Assembly (NCBI GenBank): GCA_039818205.1
Contig: JBCBUK010000001.1
Span: 64,001-128,000 of the forward strand
From: Verrucomicrobiota bacterium
Lineage (GTDB): Bacteria; Verrucomicrobiota; Verrucomicrobiia; Opitutales; Cerasicoccaceae
DNA length: 64,000 nt
Reading direction: 5' to 3'
Under the pieces are notes generated by a model. That model worked only from the letters and a program-made list of their open reading frames with translations. It did not search any database and was not told the DNA's origin. Below, one piece after another: positions 39,511 through 49,405 of the stretch; position 1 is the stretch's first letter; the number at the start of each line of letters is the position of its first letter. A program made the translations under genes and the position numbers.

Positions 39511-39817
39511 ATTAGAACTCTATAGCTGCGCAAAATGGAAAACGTTATGCGTAAATAATTCCTAGTGTATGATGAGCTTTAAATTAATACTACTGCCATA
39601 CAAGGAACCAAAGGCCTCTACAGAAGCCAGCGTCTAAAGTCGTTTCTATCCCGCTCACGACCCCAGCTCAAATTCGAATAGACGATTTATCTAATATATC
39701 GAATTCAGCGGCTACATAACCCCAACCCCCGGAACTCCCCCGCCCAATCTCGTCTCTCTAATTCACGTCACATTGATGCTGAATTAATCATCCCCAAACA
39801 ACCCTCGTATAGTCACA

Positions 39818-41005
39818 ATGAAAGCAATCAGAAAGCTACTACCCCTTCAATCTACCCCGAGACTCATTGTACTCGTTGCTACAGCATGCCTACTCATACC
39901 CCTTGCCCAGGCTAGAACCGTCAACGTTACCCCTAGCAACTTTGCTAGCAAACTAAGCAGTGGCATTGCCAACGGGGATACTGTTATTCTCGCTGGTGGT
40001 AACTACACCATGACAACGGCAATGTGGAACAATGTCGCGTCAAAATCTAATGTACGCTACTATGGCAATGGACGTTATGGTAGTAATCCCACGGTTCTAA
40101 ATTCAACTGGAACTAGGATGCCCCGGGTTCGCATCGATGGCAAAGGCGCCACCATATTCCAAGGAATGCGCATCTTGAACGCGGCCCTATTCTTGCGCAA
40201 CTGTAACAACCATCGATTGAACTACATCTACGCCGAGACTACTCGAAAGCCTCAGTTTGCTGGCGATAGCCTTTTCAATGGTTTCTTGGCTCGAGGCTAT
40301 CAGACAAATCTCGATTCGGCCTGGAGATTTCGCAATGAGACTGGCAAAGCCTACTCGACCAATAGCCCTACCGGATACACGTTCAATAACACCGACTGCA
40401 CCAACTCAAGCGACGTAAAGGGCGCGGTTGACGTTAGCCGGATTCAAGGCAGCGGTGTGGTCACAATCAGTGGTGCAAACGCGTCTCGCTGGTGGAATGC
40501 GCCTACCGGCGGTCGCGATTTCGAAGACCATGGCATCTACGTACGCTCAGGTTCAGTAAACCAACAGATCAAGATCGACAATTGCAGCATGAAAGGCTGG
40601 ACCGATACCGGTGCTGGACAAATGGTCAAGATCAAGGCAACCCAGAATGTTGTTGCTGATCGCATCACAGGCAATCGCTCGGGCATCATTATCCGCACGG
40701 GCAACAATTTCTCGGGTGGCGGCGGAGATCAGATCACCAAGAGTATCTTGGTCAAGCGAAGCACCGTGAGTGCTGGCGACATCAACTGCTACTTTCAATA
40801 CAATGAAGGCGAAGCAATTCGCATCGAAAACAATACGATCCAAAATGGCACGGTTCAGATTAACAGCGTCAATACCAACCCGACCAAAATAAATCGTCGC
40901 CTTCGCCTCATCAGCACCGCTTTAGGGGGAGTATTCAACAACAAGACGAAACAAGCTCTCGATATCCGGAGTGGGATTCGAAACAGTGGAAACACTCGTC
41001 TCTAG
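39818..41005 (+). CDS. Secreted, basic, right-handed beta-helix-like protein of unknown family
   Basis: Signal peptide ending AQA; GDTVILAGGNY, DHGIYV, IRIENNTI; N/S/T/R-rich. Confidence 0.65.
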   Translation: MKAIRKLLPLQSTPRLIVLVATACLLIPLAQARTVNVTPSNFASKLSSGIANGDTVILAGGNYTMTTAMWNNVASKSNVRYYGNGRYGSNPTVLNSTGTRMPRVRIDGKGATIFQGMRILNAALFLRNCNNHRLNYIYAETTRKPQFAGDSLFNGFLARGYQTNLDSAWRFRNETGKAYSTNSPTGYTFNNTDCTNSSDVKGAVDVSRIQGSGVVTISGANASRWWNAPTGGRDFEDHGIYVRSGSVNQQIKIDNCSMKGWTDTGAGQMVKIKATQNVVADRITGNRSGIIIRTGNNFSGGGGDQITKSILVKRSTVSAGDINCYFQYNEGEAIRIENNTIQNGTVQINSVNTNPTKINRRLRLISTALGGVFNNKTKQALDIRSGIRNSGNTRL

Positions 41006-41048
41006 TTAGGATATTCCTTAGAACAAACAAAAGGGGTTACACAACCGG

Positions 41049-41078
41049 TGCCTCTCAGTCTTGGGAGACTGAGAGGCA
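41049..41078 (+). terminator. Perfect 13-bp hairpin (terminator or mRNA-stabilising stem)
   Basis: TGCCTCTCAGTCT-tggg-AGACTGAGAGGCA. Confidence 0.55.
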
Positions 41079-42134
41079 TTGCCTCCCCGAATTCTGATGA
41101 AACATGTATGTTGTAGGCCTAGTGGCCTACTCCTTATTGCGGCGATCTCAATCGGCGCTGGCTACCTACTCGGCCTTAGTCTAAAACGCTCAGAATCGGC
41201 TGTTTCAGGCCAGGATGCCTACCAATACATGGATGCGATCGAGGAAGACGCACAATCTAAGCTTTCACCCTACAACAACCTATTTGCTCCAAAGACTTTT
41301 TCCGCCGAAGAAATATGGAAATGGAAGGCGTATGACGCCTTCCTCGAACCCGAATTCAGCCTCACCAAGGGCGCCAACTGGTCGAGCCTGAGAACGATGC
41401 TTGACCAGGATCTTTACGGGACGCTTGATGCATTGGTTGCTCTGGACCTCGGCACGGCAATCGACGTCATAAGCCTACCGGTTTACCTTGGTCAGTATCT
41501 CTCGGAATTTAATTTCGCTGATGCCGTGACCATCACCGAACGGCTACAGAACGATCACTACTTATTTCAAACAACGATCGACGAACTGACCGTTGCCCTT
41601 ACTGATCAGCCCAATCGCGTATATGAAGTTAAGCGATACTATCAGGAGAATCCAGAAAACCCAGTTATCGAATCAAGTGCTCGACTGTTTGGAGCGCGCC
41701 TAAACGAGTTGGAAGGCGGCGTCGAAGCTGCATTGAACTATGCAACGACCCTTCCACCCGGCACAACCCGTGGACAGCTGATTGAAGGTGCGATTATCCC
41801 GTGGATTGATAGTAACCCGGCTCAAGCCGAAGCCTATCTCAATTCTATTGGGAACGCATCAAGCGGCGAACTCAATGGCTCCCATTCCATGGTGGCGATG
41901 TCCTATAGTTCCACCGGCAACTATCGCCAAGGACTCCAAGTTGCTGAAAATATTCCCGAATCACAAGATCGGTATAATGGCATATATGCAGTTGTCTGGG
42001 ACTGGGCTGAGAATGACTCATCTAGCCTCCATTCATTCGCTCAGGAACCGACCAATGCAATCGACGAGCAAACCAAAATCATCATTCAGTATGTCTTCGA
42101 GGACCAATTCGAAACCCGCAAATCGTTGCCCTAG
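41079..42134 (+). CDS. Hypothetical acidic membrane-anchored helical-repeat protein
   Basis: N-terminal transmembrane helix; W...NP..A..Y and WAEND repeats. Confidence 0.65.
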   Translation: MPPRILMKHVCCRPSGLLLIAAISIGAGYLLGLSLKRSESAVSGQDAYQYMDAIEEDAQSKLSPYNNLFAPKTFSAEEIWKWKAYDAFLEPEFSLTKGANWSSLRTMLDQDLYGTLDALVALDLGTAIDVISLPVYLGQYLSEFNFADAVTITERLQNDHYLFQTTIDELTVALTDQPNRVYEVKRYYQENPENPVIESSARLFGARLNELEGGVEAALNYATTLPPGTTRGQLIEGAIIPWIDSNPAQAEAYLNSIGNASSGELNGSHSMVAMSYSSTGNYRQGLQVAENIPESQDRYNGIYAVVWDWAENDSSSLHSFAQEPTNAIDEQTKIIIQYVFEDQFETRKSLP

Positions 42135-43170
42135 CCGAGAGAATATTTCAACAAAGCATCTCGCACAGATTGGGGCTCTCACAATTGTATGCACAGGCGT
42201 TGGCTGGCTGCTATCGCCCACAGCCCAACCCATTACCGCCCCCCAGACTGAGAAACCTTCAGTCACATCAATCCAAGATGACGCCCTCCTCCTACCGAAT
42301 ACGATCGACGAGACGACGGCTATACGCTGGACAACATTCGACCTCGTAGCTCGGCTCGTATCAACCGAAAGCGACGCCGAGCGAAACCGTGCTGAGAAAC
42401 AGCTCCTCAGTATGCTGGAAGCGGATCCATATGAAACGATGAATCGATTGGGCCAAATTCCCGAAGCTCACAATGGAAGCCATGTTCTGCCAACGCTGCT
42501 GATGGATTTTCTGCCGTCGATGGAGATCGCGCAAGCAGGAGCGCTCATTGAACGACTAAAAGCCAATCCCGACCTCTATAGCACGGTGATCGATTATTGG
42601 GCTGAGAACGCAATCAGGCATGATTCATCCAACGATCAAGCGTTCTATAATTGGGTTGTCCAGAAAGCCGATGATCCGCTGGCTGCAAATGGGCTTGCGA
42701 ATGCGATGGGCTATATAATGCATCGCGATGGCAAACAGATCGAAACACTCAACGAAGCTTGGGACCTCACCCTCTCACTACCAGATGGAGCCGTTCGTCG
42801 CAAGATTCTCGAGAGCACGCTCGACCAATTCTTAGACAAAGAGAACATCGGAAAGGTAGAATCATTGATAGAGGAGCTCCCGTCTCACCCAGAACATGAC
42901 GAGGTTTTCGCACGCTATGCGGAAACAATGAGTGACTATGAGCTAGAGCGCCCCATGCAGTATCTGAATAGTATTCAAAACCAGGGAGTTTGGGATCGGG
43001 TATTCTACACAATTGTCGGGAAATGGGCCGAGCGTGACATTGCCTCGCTGGGAAACTGGCTCGTAAATAACCACCAGGCATTTTCCGACGATGAGTTAGA
43101 TCATGTAAACCGCATACTAGCTGACCATCAGATCGAACCGCTCATCGAAATCGACTACGTTGACGAGTAG
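42091..43170 (+). CDS. Hypothetical acidic membrane-anchored helical-repeat protein (paralog-like; start uncertain)
   Basis: Transmembrane helix near the start; 'KWAERD...LGNW' repeat similar to the upstream gene. Confidence 0.6.
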   Translation: MSSRTNSKPANRCPSRENISTKHLAQIGALTIVCTGVGWLLSPTAQPITAPQTEKPSVTSIQDDALLLPNTIDETTAIRWTTFDLVARLVSTESDAERNRAEKQLLSMLEADPYETMNRLGQIPEAHNGSHVLPTLLMDFLPSMEIAQAGALIERLKANPDLYSTVIDYWAENAIRHDSSNDQAFYNWVVQKADDPLAANGLANAMGYIMHRDGKQIETLNEAWDLTLSLPDGAVRRKILESTLDQFLDKENIGKVESLIEELPSHPEHDEVFARYAETMSDYELERPMQYLNSIQNQGVWDRVFYTIVGKWAERDIASLGNWLVNNHQAFSDDELDHVNRILADHQIEPLIEIDYVDE

Positions 43171-43198
43171 ACCAATGCATTCACATAATGACGGTGTG

Positions 43199-44773
43199 CT
43201 ATCCCGGATATGAGATTAACTCTGGGTGTCGCTTTGTGTCTGCCCAGGCGTCACCGGCTCGCTGCAAACGCATACCGAGCTCCGACTTGAGTAATTCATA
43301 GTCGGCCACATCAATGTCATTCGGATCGAGTCGATTCAGTTGGTAGGGATCCTCAACATTATCGATTAGCTCGATATCACCGCTATCTCCGTGCACGACA
43401 TAGGTATAGCGATCGGTGCGCACGCCTTTGCTTCGGCTACTTAGATACAGTGCAGACTTGGGTTTCGGATGGGAATTAAAGTTATTTTTCATCAGGCCAT
43501 CGGCATAGTTGACGCCGTCTACCGTATAGGGGATTCGGTCACCAAGGCCCATCATTCCCAGTATACTCGGCATTATATCCACTGATTCGATCAGGAGATC
43601 CTCAGAGCTTGGTTTTAGTTTGTCCGGATAACGGATGAGGAACGGCACCAAGAAAGATTCATCCTGGTGGACGCCCTTCCCCATCCGCCCGTGGCTCCCC
43701 ATCATCTCCCCATGATCCGCGGTAAATACAACAATCGTATTGTCGGCCTCTCCAGAGGCCTCCAACGCATCTAAGATTCGCCCAAGTTGCCGATCAATTC
43801 CAGTGACGAGCGCGTAATAGACGGCTGCACATTTTTCAGGGTCATACTTTTTGTTACTCTCATTCACGACCTCCGCAACATTCTCGCGATACAACTGATC
43901 CGCCAGAGGCATATCCTCGTAGTACTTCTCGTAAATGTCCTTCTCGCAATCATCCGGAGAGAAATACGGATTGTGCGGTGGGTTAGGCGACCAAATGATG
44001 CTGAACGGCTTACCGCCCTCGCGCTCGCCATTCTGATTTTCCAGATACTGCACGATCACATCTGCCTCCACTTCGGGAGCAAATTGTTCCTGCAAGAAAG
44101 GCTGCCCATCTTCCTTTCCCCCGACGAGATCTGGCTGGTTTGAATAACTCAATGCCGAAAAGTGTTCGTCACGAATATGCTGGTACCAAAACTTGTTTCC
44201 GTGACGGCCAGGGCCAGGCGGGATGTAGGTATCAAATTCGTTCGCATAGTGGCCACCCGGTGGCTCCGTGGTGCCGACGTAGTTGAACTCCTTGTCAAAC
44301 AGCGGCTCAGTGCGCTCCCAATGGGTTTTACCAACATAAGCAGTCTCGTAACCATTTTCGCTCAAAACATCAGTGAAACAGGTGATGTCGTGGTGGATTC
44401 CGAGTTTACGCCCGGAACGACAATTCATCCCCTCGACGCCATTGCGGCTGGGATACATGCCAGTCATCAACATTGCACGATGTGGACTGCAAAGCGGATG
44501 GGTACTGGAAGCCTGAGTAAAGACCACACTTTCTTCAGCCAACTGGTCGAGATTCGGTGTGACCACCGGATCCGTCTCAGTGCGGAGCAAATGACTAAAT
44601 CCAGGCTTCTTCCAAAAACCCATTGCATGCATCCGCATCTGATCCGGAAACACGTAAAGCAGATTTGGCTTCTTAGTTGTCGGCGATGAATCGCCTATCT
44701 GCGCAAGCAATGACTTCGAGGCCAAATAGCTAGTACCGGCCAAGAGGCCTTGGGTAAACGTTCTTCGATTCAT
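43199..44773 (-). CDS. Sulfatase (S1 family) with Tat-like signal
   Basis: MNRRTF; KPNLLYVFPDQ; CSPHRAMLMTG; YVGKTH; ADHGEM. Confidence 0.93.
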   Translation of the reverse strand: MNRRTFTQGLLAGTSYLASKSLLAQIGDSSPTTKKPNLLYVFPDQMRMHAMGFWKKPGFSHLLRTETDPVVTPNLDQLAEESVVFTQASSTHPLCSPHRAMLMTGMYPSRNGVEGMNCRSGRKLGIHHDITCFTDVLSENGYETAYVGKTHWERTEPLFDKEFNYVGTTEPPGGHYANEFDTYIPPGPGRHGNKFWYQHIRDEHFSALSYSNQPDLVGGKEDGQPFLQEQFAPEVEADVIVQYLENQNGEREGGKPFSIIWSPNPPHNPYFSPDDCEKDIYEKYYEDMPLADQLYRENVAEVVNESNKKYDPEKCAAVYYALVTGIDRQLGRILDALEASGEADNTIVVFTADHGEMMGSHGRMGKGVHQDESFLVPFLIRYPDKLKPSSEDLLIESVDIMPSILGMMGLGDRIPYTVDGVNYADGLMKNNFNSHPKPKSALYLSSRSKGVRTDRYTYVVHGDSGDIELIDNVEDPYQLNRLDPNDIDVADYELLKSELGMRLQRAGDAWADTKRHPELISYPG

Positions 44774-44777
44774 TCTG

Positions 44778-47700
44778 CTAGGTCTCCTGTGCGGTTAAAA
44801 CAATCTCAGTGCTCAGGCCATCTCGACATTCAAACTCGATCACGGTTAAGTCGTCATCACTAGAAATAATGGTCGGCTGGCTCTGCGCGGTTTCCATGGG
44901 CACCACAAGGTCTGAAATTTCCCAACGCCCCTTCAACGCAAGGCGAACGTGATGCGGACGGCTGGGCCAGAAAAACCACTCACGCTCGTAGATTGACAGT
45001 TCAATTCGCGAGCCATCCGGCAAACGATCCTCCTGTCCATCGTATATATTTAGATCTGGGTCGGCCAACGAGAGGCGTAAAGTTCCTTCCTCTTCTTTCA
45101 ATAGAAACACAGCCTGCTTACTGACCTCAACAACCAAGCCAGAATCAAACTTCGCACCTTGCGGCGAATAGACAGCATATGCAGTTGAGTTCTCTTCGGA
45201 CGAATGAACCACATGAGCGATACTATCGTGCTGAACAACAGCGATGCTTGGTTGCTTAGTGAAGGTCTTCATCTCTTCTTCATTCGTTGCCGCTAGCAAT
45301 ACATATTCGTAGCTCGCTTGTTTGGGCGCTATACCATGATCAATCCAAGCAACCGTAAAATCTCCGCTGACCGACTCCTCAAAGTTTGAATCAGGATTTG
45401 TCTGCTCAGCTCGCGTTAGTTGAACCGTAGCTTGCGGGAAATAGAATCCGGTTCCGCGATTATCGATCACCCAATTGGGCTGTGTATCCTCCAACACGTC
45501 ATCGAATGGAAACCGGTCAACCTTTGATCCATTCACGATGATCGGCTCAATCGTCTCAGCCAGGCTGTTTTGGAATATTGTCGTCTCGACCGGATAGCCC
45601 TCAACGTCGCTTTCAATATCGGAACCAAGACATACGACTTTATTACCAAAGAAGAACCAAGTCTTCTTACCAGAGAACGACTCAAGATCGTATTTGTCGT
45701 GACCAGTAAACTGGAACACTTGTATACCTGCCCCGTAGGTGGATTCGACTCCACCAGAGAACGCTTGATCGCTAAAGATGTATTCGCCAGCTTCATCGCG
45801 AACCTGCCCCACGCGAGTGGCAATCTTCTCAAAGGGCAACTTAACGGTTGTCGCACCGGGGATTCGACACCAGTCGATTCCTGCATTCCAGATGTCGCTG
45901 CCGGATGTAGGCGTCAAGCTATCGATCGAATCAGGATAGGAAACATCTAGATAACCATTTGCGATAAACTGGGGAAAGGCGAAGTAGTTACGTCCCCAGC
46001 TCTCAAATGCGTAGACAAATTTGCTGTGACCTCGGGCCGTGATCATCCAATCGCCACCGCGACGCTTGAAACCAACACAAGAATATGGAAGCATACGGAA
46101 ACCGTTGAGCGGCTCGTAGCTATCGTCGAAGAGATCGTGCATGTTCCGAAACGAATTCGGACTCTTGTAGTTCGAGAAGCGAATCGATGCGAAGGCTTTA
46201 GGAGTCATCCAGTCATCGGTAAACAATCCATCATAGTAGGTTGTCGCTACCTTGGCGATCCGCTTCCGAGCATTCTCGGTCGCCCGAAACTGGGTATCTT
46301 TCAGGATGTCGTAGGTTCGCGCTGCCCCAAAGATTGCCCGGCCGCCATAACCATAGGCATGCCCGCCATGGTGGAAAATGGTGCCATCTGGCTTAAAGGT
46401 TTCATCCAACGCGTTCGCATAGGCAGTCGAAACTTCCGAGAAGAAGTGCGAGAATTGACGCAGATCACGAACCTTCTCTGGAGAATCCGGCATCATCAAG
46501 GCACACAACAAACGCGAGGCTAACAAGCCCTGCATATCATCGGCATCACAGGCCTTACGGCCTTGCCATCCGTAAGCCATATCCGGACGGTATACCTGGT
46601 TAAAACCGTGGAACCATTTGCAAATTTCGACCGCCTTATCCAATCGTTCGTTGCGGGCAAGTGGTTCGCGCATGAGAAACATCGCTGGGGCAATCTCGCG
46701 AATCTCATAAGAATAGTGGTGGATCCACCCCAAGCCGGCTCCATGATCGAAGCCTTGATCCACTCCATAGTCGAAGAGATTGATAAACATCTCTTCCAAA
46801 CGGTTCTTCGCCTCTTGGGATTTGGTGCAATGCCAGGCCCGCGCAATCGATAGAAGCATGGGTCCGAATTCACGCTTCCAAGTCATCGTATCAGGCATCA
46901 ACTCCTCTTTAGCCAAACCGAGCTCGGAAAAATACTCGGTCATGACATTTGTTTTCAACAACGGGCGACCGTATATGTTGTCACCATCGCGACGAATACC
47001 GAAAGCTGAGAAACGCTTTTCGATACCCTTCATTTTGTCATCGTTCCAGCGTTCGCATTCAGCTTTAGAAAGCCACTGATTGGTCGCCTGATCCTCAACC
47101 TGGCGAAGGTCCGCGAGAATTGCATCCGTCAGTGGTTCAACCGGCTCCGTTGACCGCTGCTGGCTTGCCCAATAGAGGAAATGCTCGTATTGAGAAACCA
47201 ACCGCGGGTGAGGATCAATGGATGGCAACTGAGGATTACCTCCAACGGTTCGCGGATTGATCGGCAAACCAAATCCAAAGGTGTCGAAGTAGAACGTTCC
47301 GCTACCGGTATTGGGAGCATTGATAGTCAACCGATCCATGTCCTCGTGTGGCACACCCTTCATATCTCCTCGATCAAAGGTTAGCCAGATAGTCCGCCAG
47401 CCTTTAAAGTTGAGGTTATAGTCGAACCAACAATCCACTTCGTCACCGCGTCCGAACTCAATGCGTAAGCGTTGAGGCCTTGCTTCGTCATTGTAAACCC
47501 ACACGAAAAATCCACGTGGTGGTTCCAAGATCTGGCCAGCACTCGAGTCCGTGTGCTCAAGTGCACCTCCACCCTCGCTGATCGGCTGTTGTTTCCGATA
47601 ACCAATTGGCCGGTCAAAGATAAAACGGTCATTGCCCTGCCAGTCCCAGCGAACAGATTTCGCACCGTGCTTGATCCGATCCTGATCAAGCTCCAGTTGC

Positions 47701-47843
47701 CCGGTTGCTGAAAGTCCTTCAGGAATGCCATCTTCGAAACTTTCGAGAATCTGAAAATCCGACGACACTTTATCGGCACCGAGAGCCGAAGATGCCCCCA
47801 ACGCCACAATGAATGTGAAGACTGAACGATACATTTGGAACAT
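44778..47843 (-). CDS. Chondroitinase ABC-like polysaccharide lyase (PL8)
   Basis: N-terminal LNFKGWR domain, DQGF..G.GLG..HHY, FKPDGTIFHH....GY, DW.RIPGATT, KKTWFFF...VVCLGS, W.DHG..P..ASYEY, LS.ADPDL. Confidence 0.85.
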   Translation of the reverse strand: MFQMYRSVFTFIVALGASSALGADKVSSDFQILESFEDGIPEGLSATGQLELDQDRIKHGAKSVRWDWQGNDRFIFDRPIGYRKQQPISEGGGALEHTDSSAGQILEPPRGFFVWVYNDEARPQRLRIEFGRGDEVDCWFDYNLNFKGWRTIWLTFDRGDMKGVPHEDMDRLTINAPNTGSGTFYFDTFGFGLPINPRTVGGNPQLPSIDPHPRLVSQYEHFLYWASQQRSTEPVEPLTDAILADLRQVEDQATNQWLSKAECERWNDDKMKGIEKRFSAFGIRRDGDNIYGRPLLKTNVMTEYFSELGLAKEELMPDTMTWKREFGPMLLSIARAWHCTKSQEAKNRLEEMFINLFDYGVDQGFDHGAGLGWIHHYSYEIREIAPAMFLMREPLARNERLDKAVEICKWFHGFNQVYRPDMAYGWQGRKACDADDMQGLLASRLLCALMMPDSPEKVRDLRQFSHFFSEVSTAYANALDETFKPDGTIFHHGGHAYGYGGRAIFGAARTYDILKDTQFRATENARKRIAKVATTYYDGLFTDDWMTPKAFASIRFSNYKSPNSFRNMHDLFDDSYEPLNGFRMLPYSCVGFKRRGGDWMITARGHSKFVYAFESWGRNYFAFPQFIANGYLDVSYPDSIDSLTPTSGSDIWNAGIDWCRIPGATTVKLPFEKIATRVGQVRDEAGEYIFSDQAFSGGVESTYGAGIQVFQFTGHDKYDLESFSGKKTWFFFGNKVVCLGSDIESDVEGYPVETTIFQNSLAETIEPIIVNGSKVDRFPFDDVLEDTQPNWVIDNRGTGFYFPQATVQLTRAEQTNPDSNFEESVSGDFTVAWIDHGIAPKQASYEYVLLAATNEEEMKTFTKQPSIAVVQHDSIAHVVHSSEENSTAYAVYSPQGAKFDSGLVVEVSKQAVFLLKEEEGTLRLSLADPDLNIYDGQEDRLPDGSRIELSIYEREWFFWPSRPHHVRLALKGRWEISDLVVPMETAQSQPTIISSDDDLTVIEFECRDGLSTEIVLTAQET

Positions 47844-49337
47844 TTAGTTAAGTTCGATTTTAAACACTGTCGCGATGTCGTTCATGTCAGCGTCTGGAAC
47901 GGTCAGAATAAAATTCCGCAAGGCAAAGTGCCAGGGCACTTCGACATCAGTTCCCAAAAGAGTAATACGCTTAAACCCTTCGGCTGGATAGAAGTCGTGC
48001 TTCGCGAGCCCGCGAATCTCAATCTCGCTCCCGACTTCGGGCTTTCCTAACATAAACAAGTAAAGGTATCGCCCGTCTTTCGATTGTAGCAATCGCCCAT
48101 CGTCCGCCGTGTACTCCGTCGTAACTGCCTGGCCTCCGAAATGTCCATCCTTCGCCTTAGCTTTTCCAAAGCCGTAGAACTCAAAGGGACGTGTTTCGTA
48201 GACTGCTTCTGCGTGCTCGTGCATCCACTCGCCGATCTCTCCCAGGATCTTCCGTTGCTCTTCGGGGATGATTCCTTCAGCAGTAGGTGAGACATTTAGG
48301 AGGACGATCCCGTTCTTACTCCAGACATCGATCATGTTGCGAACAATCAACTCAGCCGGTTTATATTTCTGGCCCTCAATATAACTCCAAGACTCCGTGC
48401 TTAAGGTAAAATCAGTCAACCAGATGGACTCAGAAAGGTCTTTCTTACCTCCGGATTCAATATCGAGCACGCCGACAGTGTTCGGTAAATCATTCTGTTT
48501 ATACGCAAGGACGACTTCCTGCCCTTCTTTCTTCGCCGCATTTAAGTAGTAAGCCGTAAACTCCTGCCGTTTGCTTTCAGGGATAAGATTCAACCAGGAG
48601 TCAAACCAAACGATATCCGGTGAATATTGATCCACCACTTCGACCAACTGATCCATCCAGTATTGGTTAAAGTCCTCTTCGGACATATTGCCGTACAACT
48701 TGGCCAACTCTGGATCGGTCGAGGAAGTCGCGAAATCAGGGTGATACTTAAAATGGCTATTGTAGCCGCCCCAGTTCTCAGGGTCGTCCGCATAGCGTTG
48801 TCCATTGCGCGCATGGTGGAAAGTCGTGATAAACTTCAAGCCCTCACCTTTGATCGCCGTCTCCAGCTCTCCGGTTAGGTCCTTCCCGGGTCCTTTGTTG
48901 TAGGAGTTCCACGGGTTCACTTCACTGCGCCAAAGCGCATAGCCGTCATGGTGCTGAGCACAGGGACCTGCGAACTTAGCACCGGTGGCCTTGAATAGCT
49001 CAGCCCATTCTTCCGCATCGAAATGTTCAGCGGTGAACATCGGAACGAAATCATGGTAGTTGAAGTCCTTCGGGTCCCCGTAGGTCTCGCGGTGGTGTTT
49101 TTCAACCGGGTGGCCATCATCTCGGTACATGTGCCACGGATACCACTCGCTACCGAAGGCCGGAACGGTATGAACGCCCCAGGTAAAATAGATTCCGAGC
49201 TTCGCATCGGCAAACCATTCCGGCGCCTCGTTGTGAGCCGAGAGTGATTCCCAGTCCGCTGTATACTCGGAATACAGCAAAGGCGTGAAGATTGAGAAGC
49301 TTGCGATTAATTGGAGTTTTAGCTTTGTTTTCATCAT
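47844..49337 (-). CDS. Alpha-L-fucosidase, GH29 (signal peptide)
   Basis: PEWFADAKLGIYFTWG, QHHDGYALW.S..NPWNS, VWFDSW, SKNG..LLNVSP, EAVYETRP; start ATG near 49337. Confidence 0.92.
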   Translation of the reverse strand: MMKTKLKLQLIASFSIFTPLLYSEYTADWESLSAHNEAPEWFADAKLGIYFTWGVHTVPAFGSEWYPWHMYRDDGHPVEKHHRETYGDPKDFNYHDFVPMFTAEHFDAEEWAELFKATGAKFAGPCAQHHDGYALWRSEVNPWNSYNKGPGKDLTGELETAIKGEGLKFITTFHHARNGQRYADDPENWGGYNSHFKYHPDFATSSTDPELAKLYGNMSEEDFNQYWMDQLVEVVDQYSPDIVWFDSWLNLIPESKRQEFTAYYLNAAKKEGQEVVLAYKQNDLPNTVGVLDIESGGKKDLSESIWLTDFTLSTESWSYIEGQKYKPAELIVRNMIDVWSKNGIVLLNVSPTAEGIIPEEQRKILGEIGEWMHEHAEAVYETRPFEFYGFGKAKAKDGHFGGQAVTTEYTADDGRLLQSKDGRYLYLFMLGKPEVGSEIEIRGLAKHDFYPAEGFKRITLLGTDVEVPWHFALRNFILTVPDADMNDIATVFKIELN

Positions 49338-49405
49338 CAAATTCAGAAAGAGGATTTCGTTGATCGCTTGACTTGCTTTACCCGTGGAAACCAACGCCTC
49401 GGTCA

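Noticed and set aside
41782..42090. Long N-terminal extension of ORF 41782-43170 overlapping the upstream gene
   Set aside because: Looks like out-of-frame read-through of the upstream gene; the hydrophobic anchor begins only after about 42150. I saw no slippery site to support programmed frameshifting.
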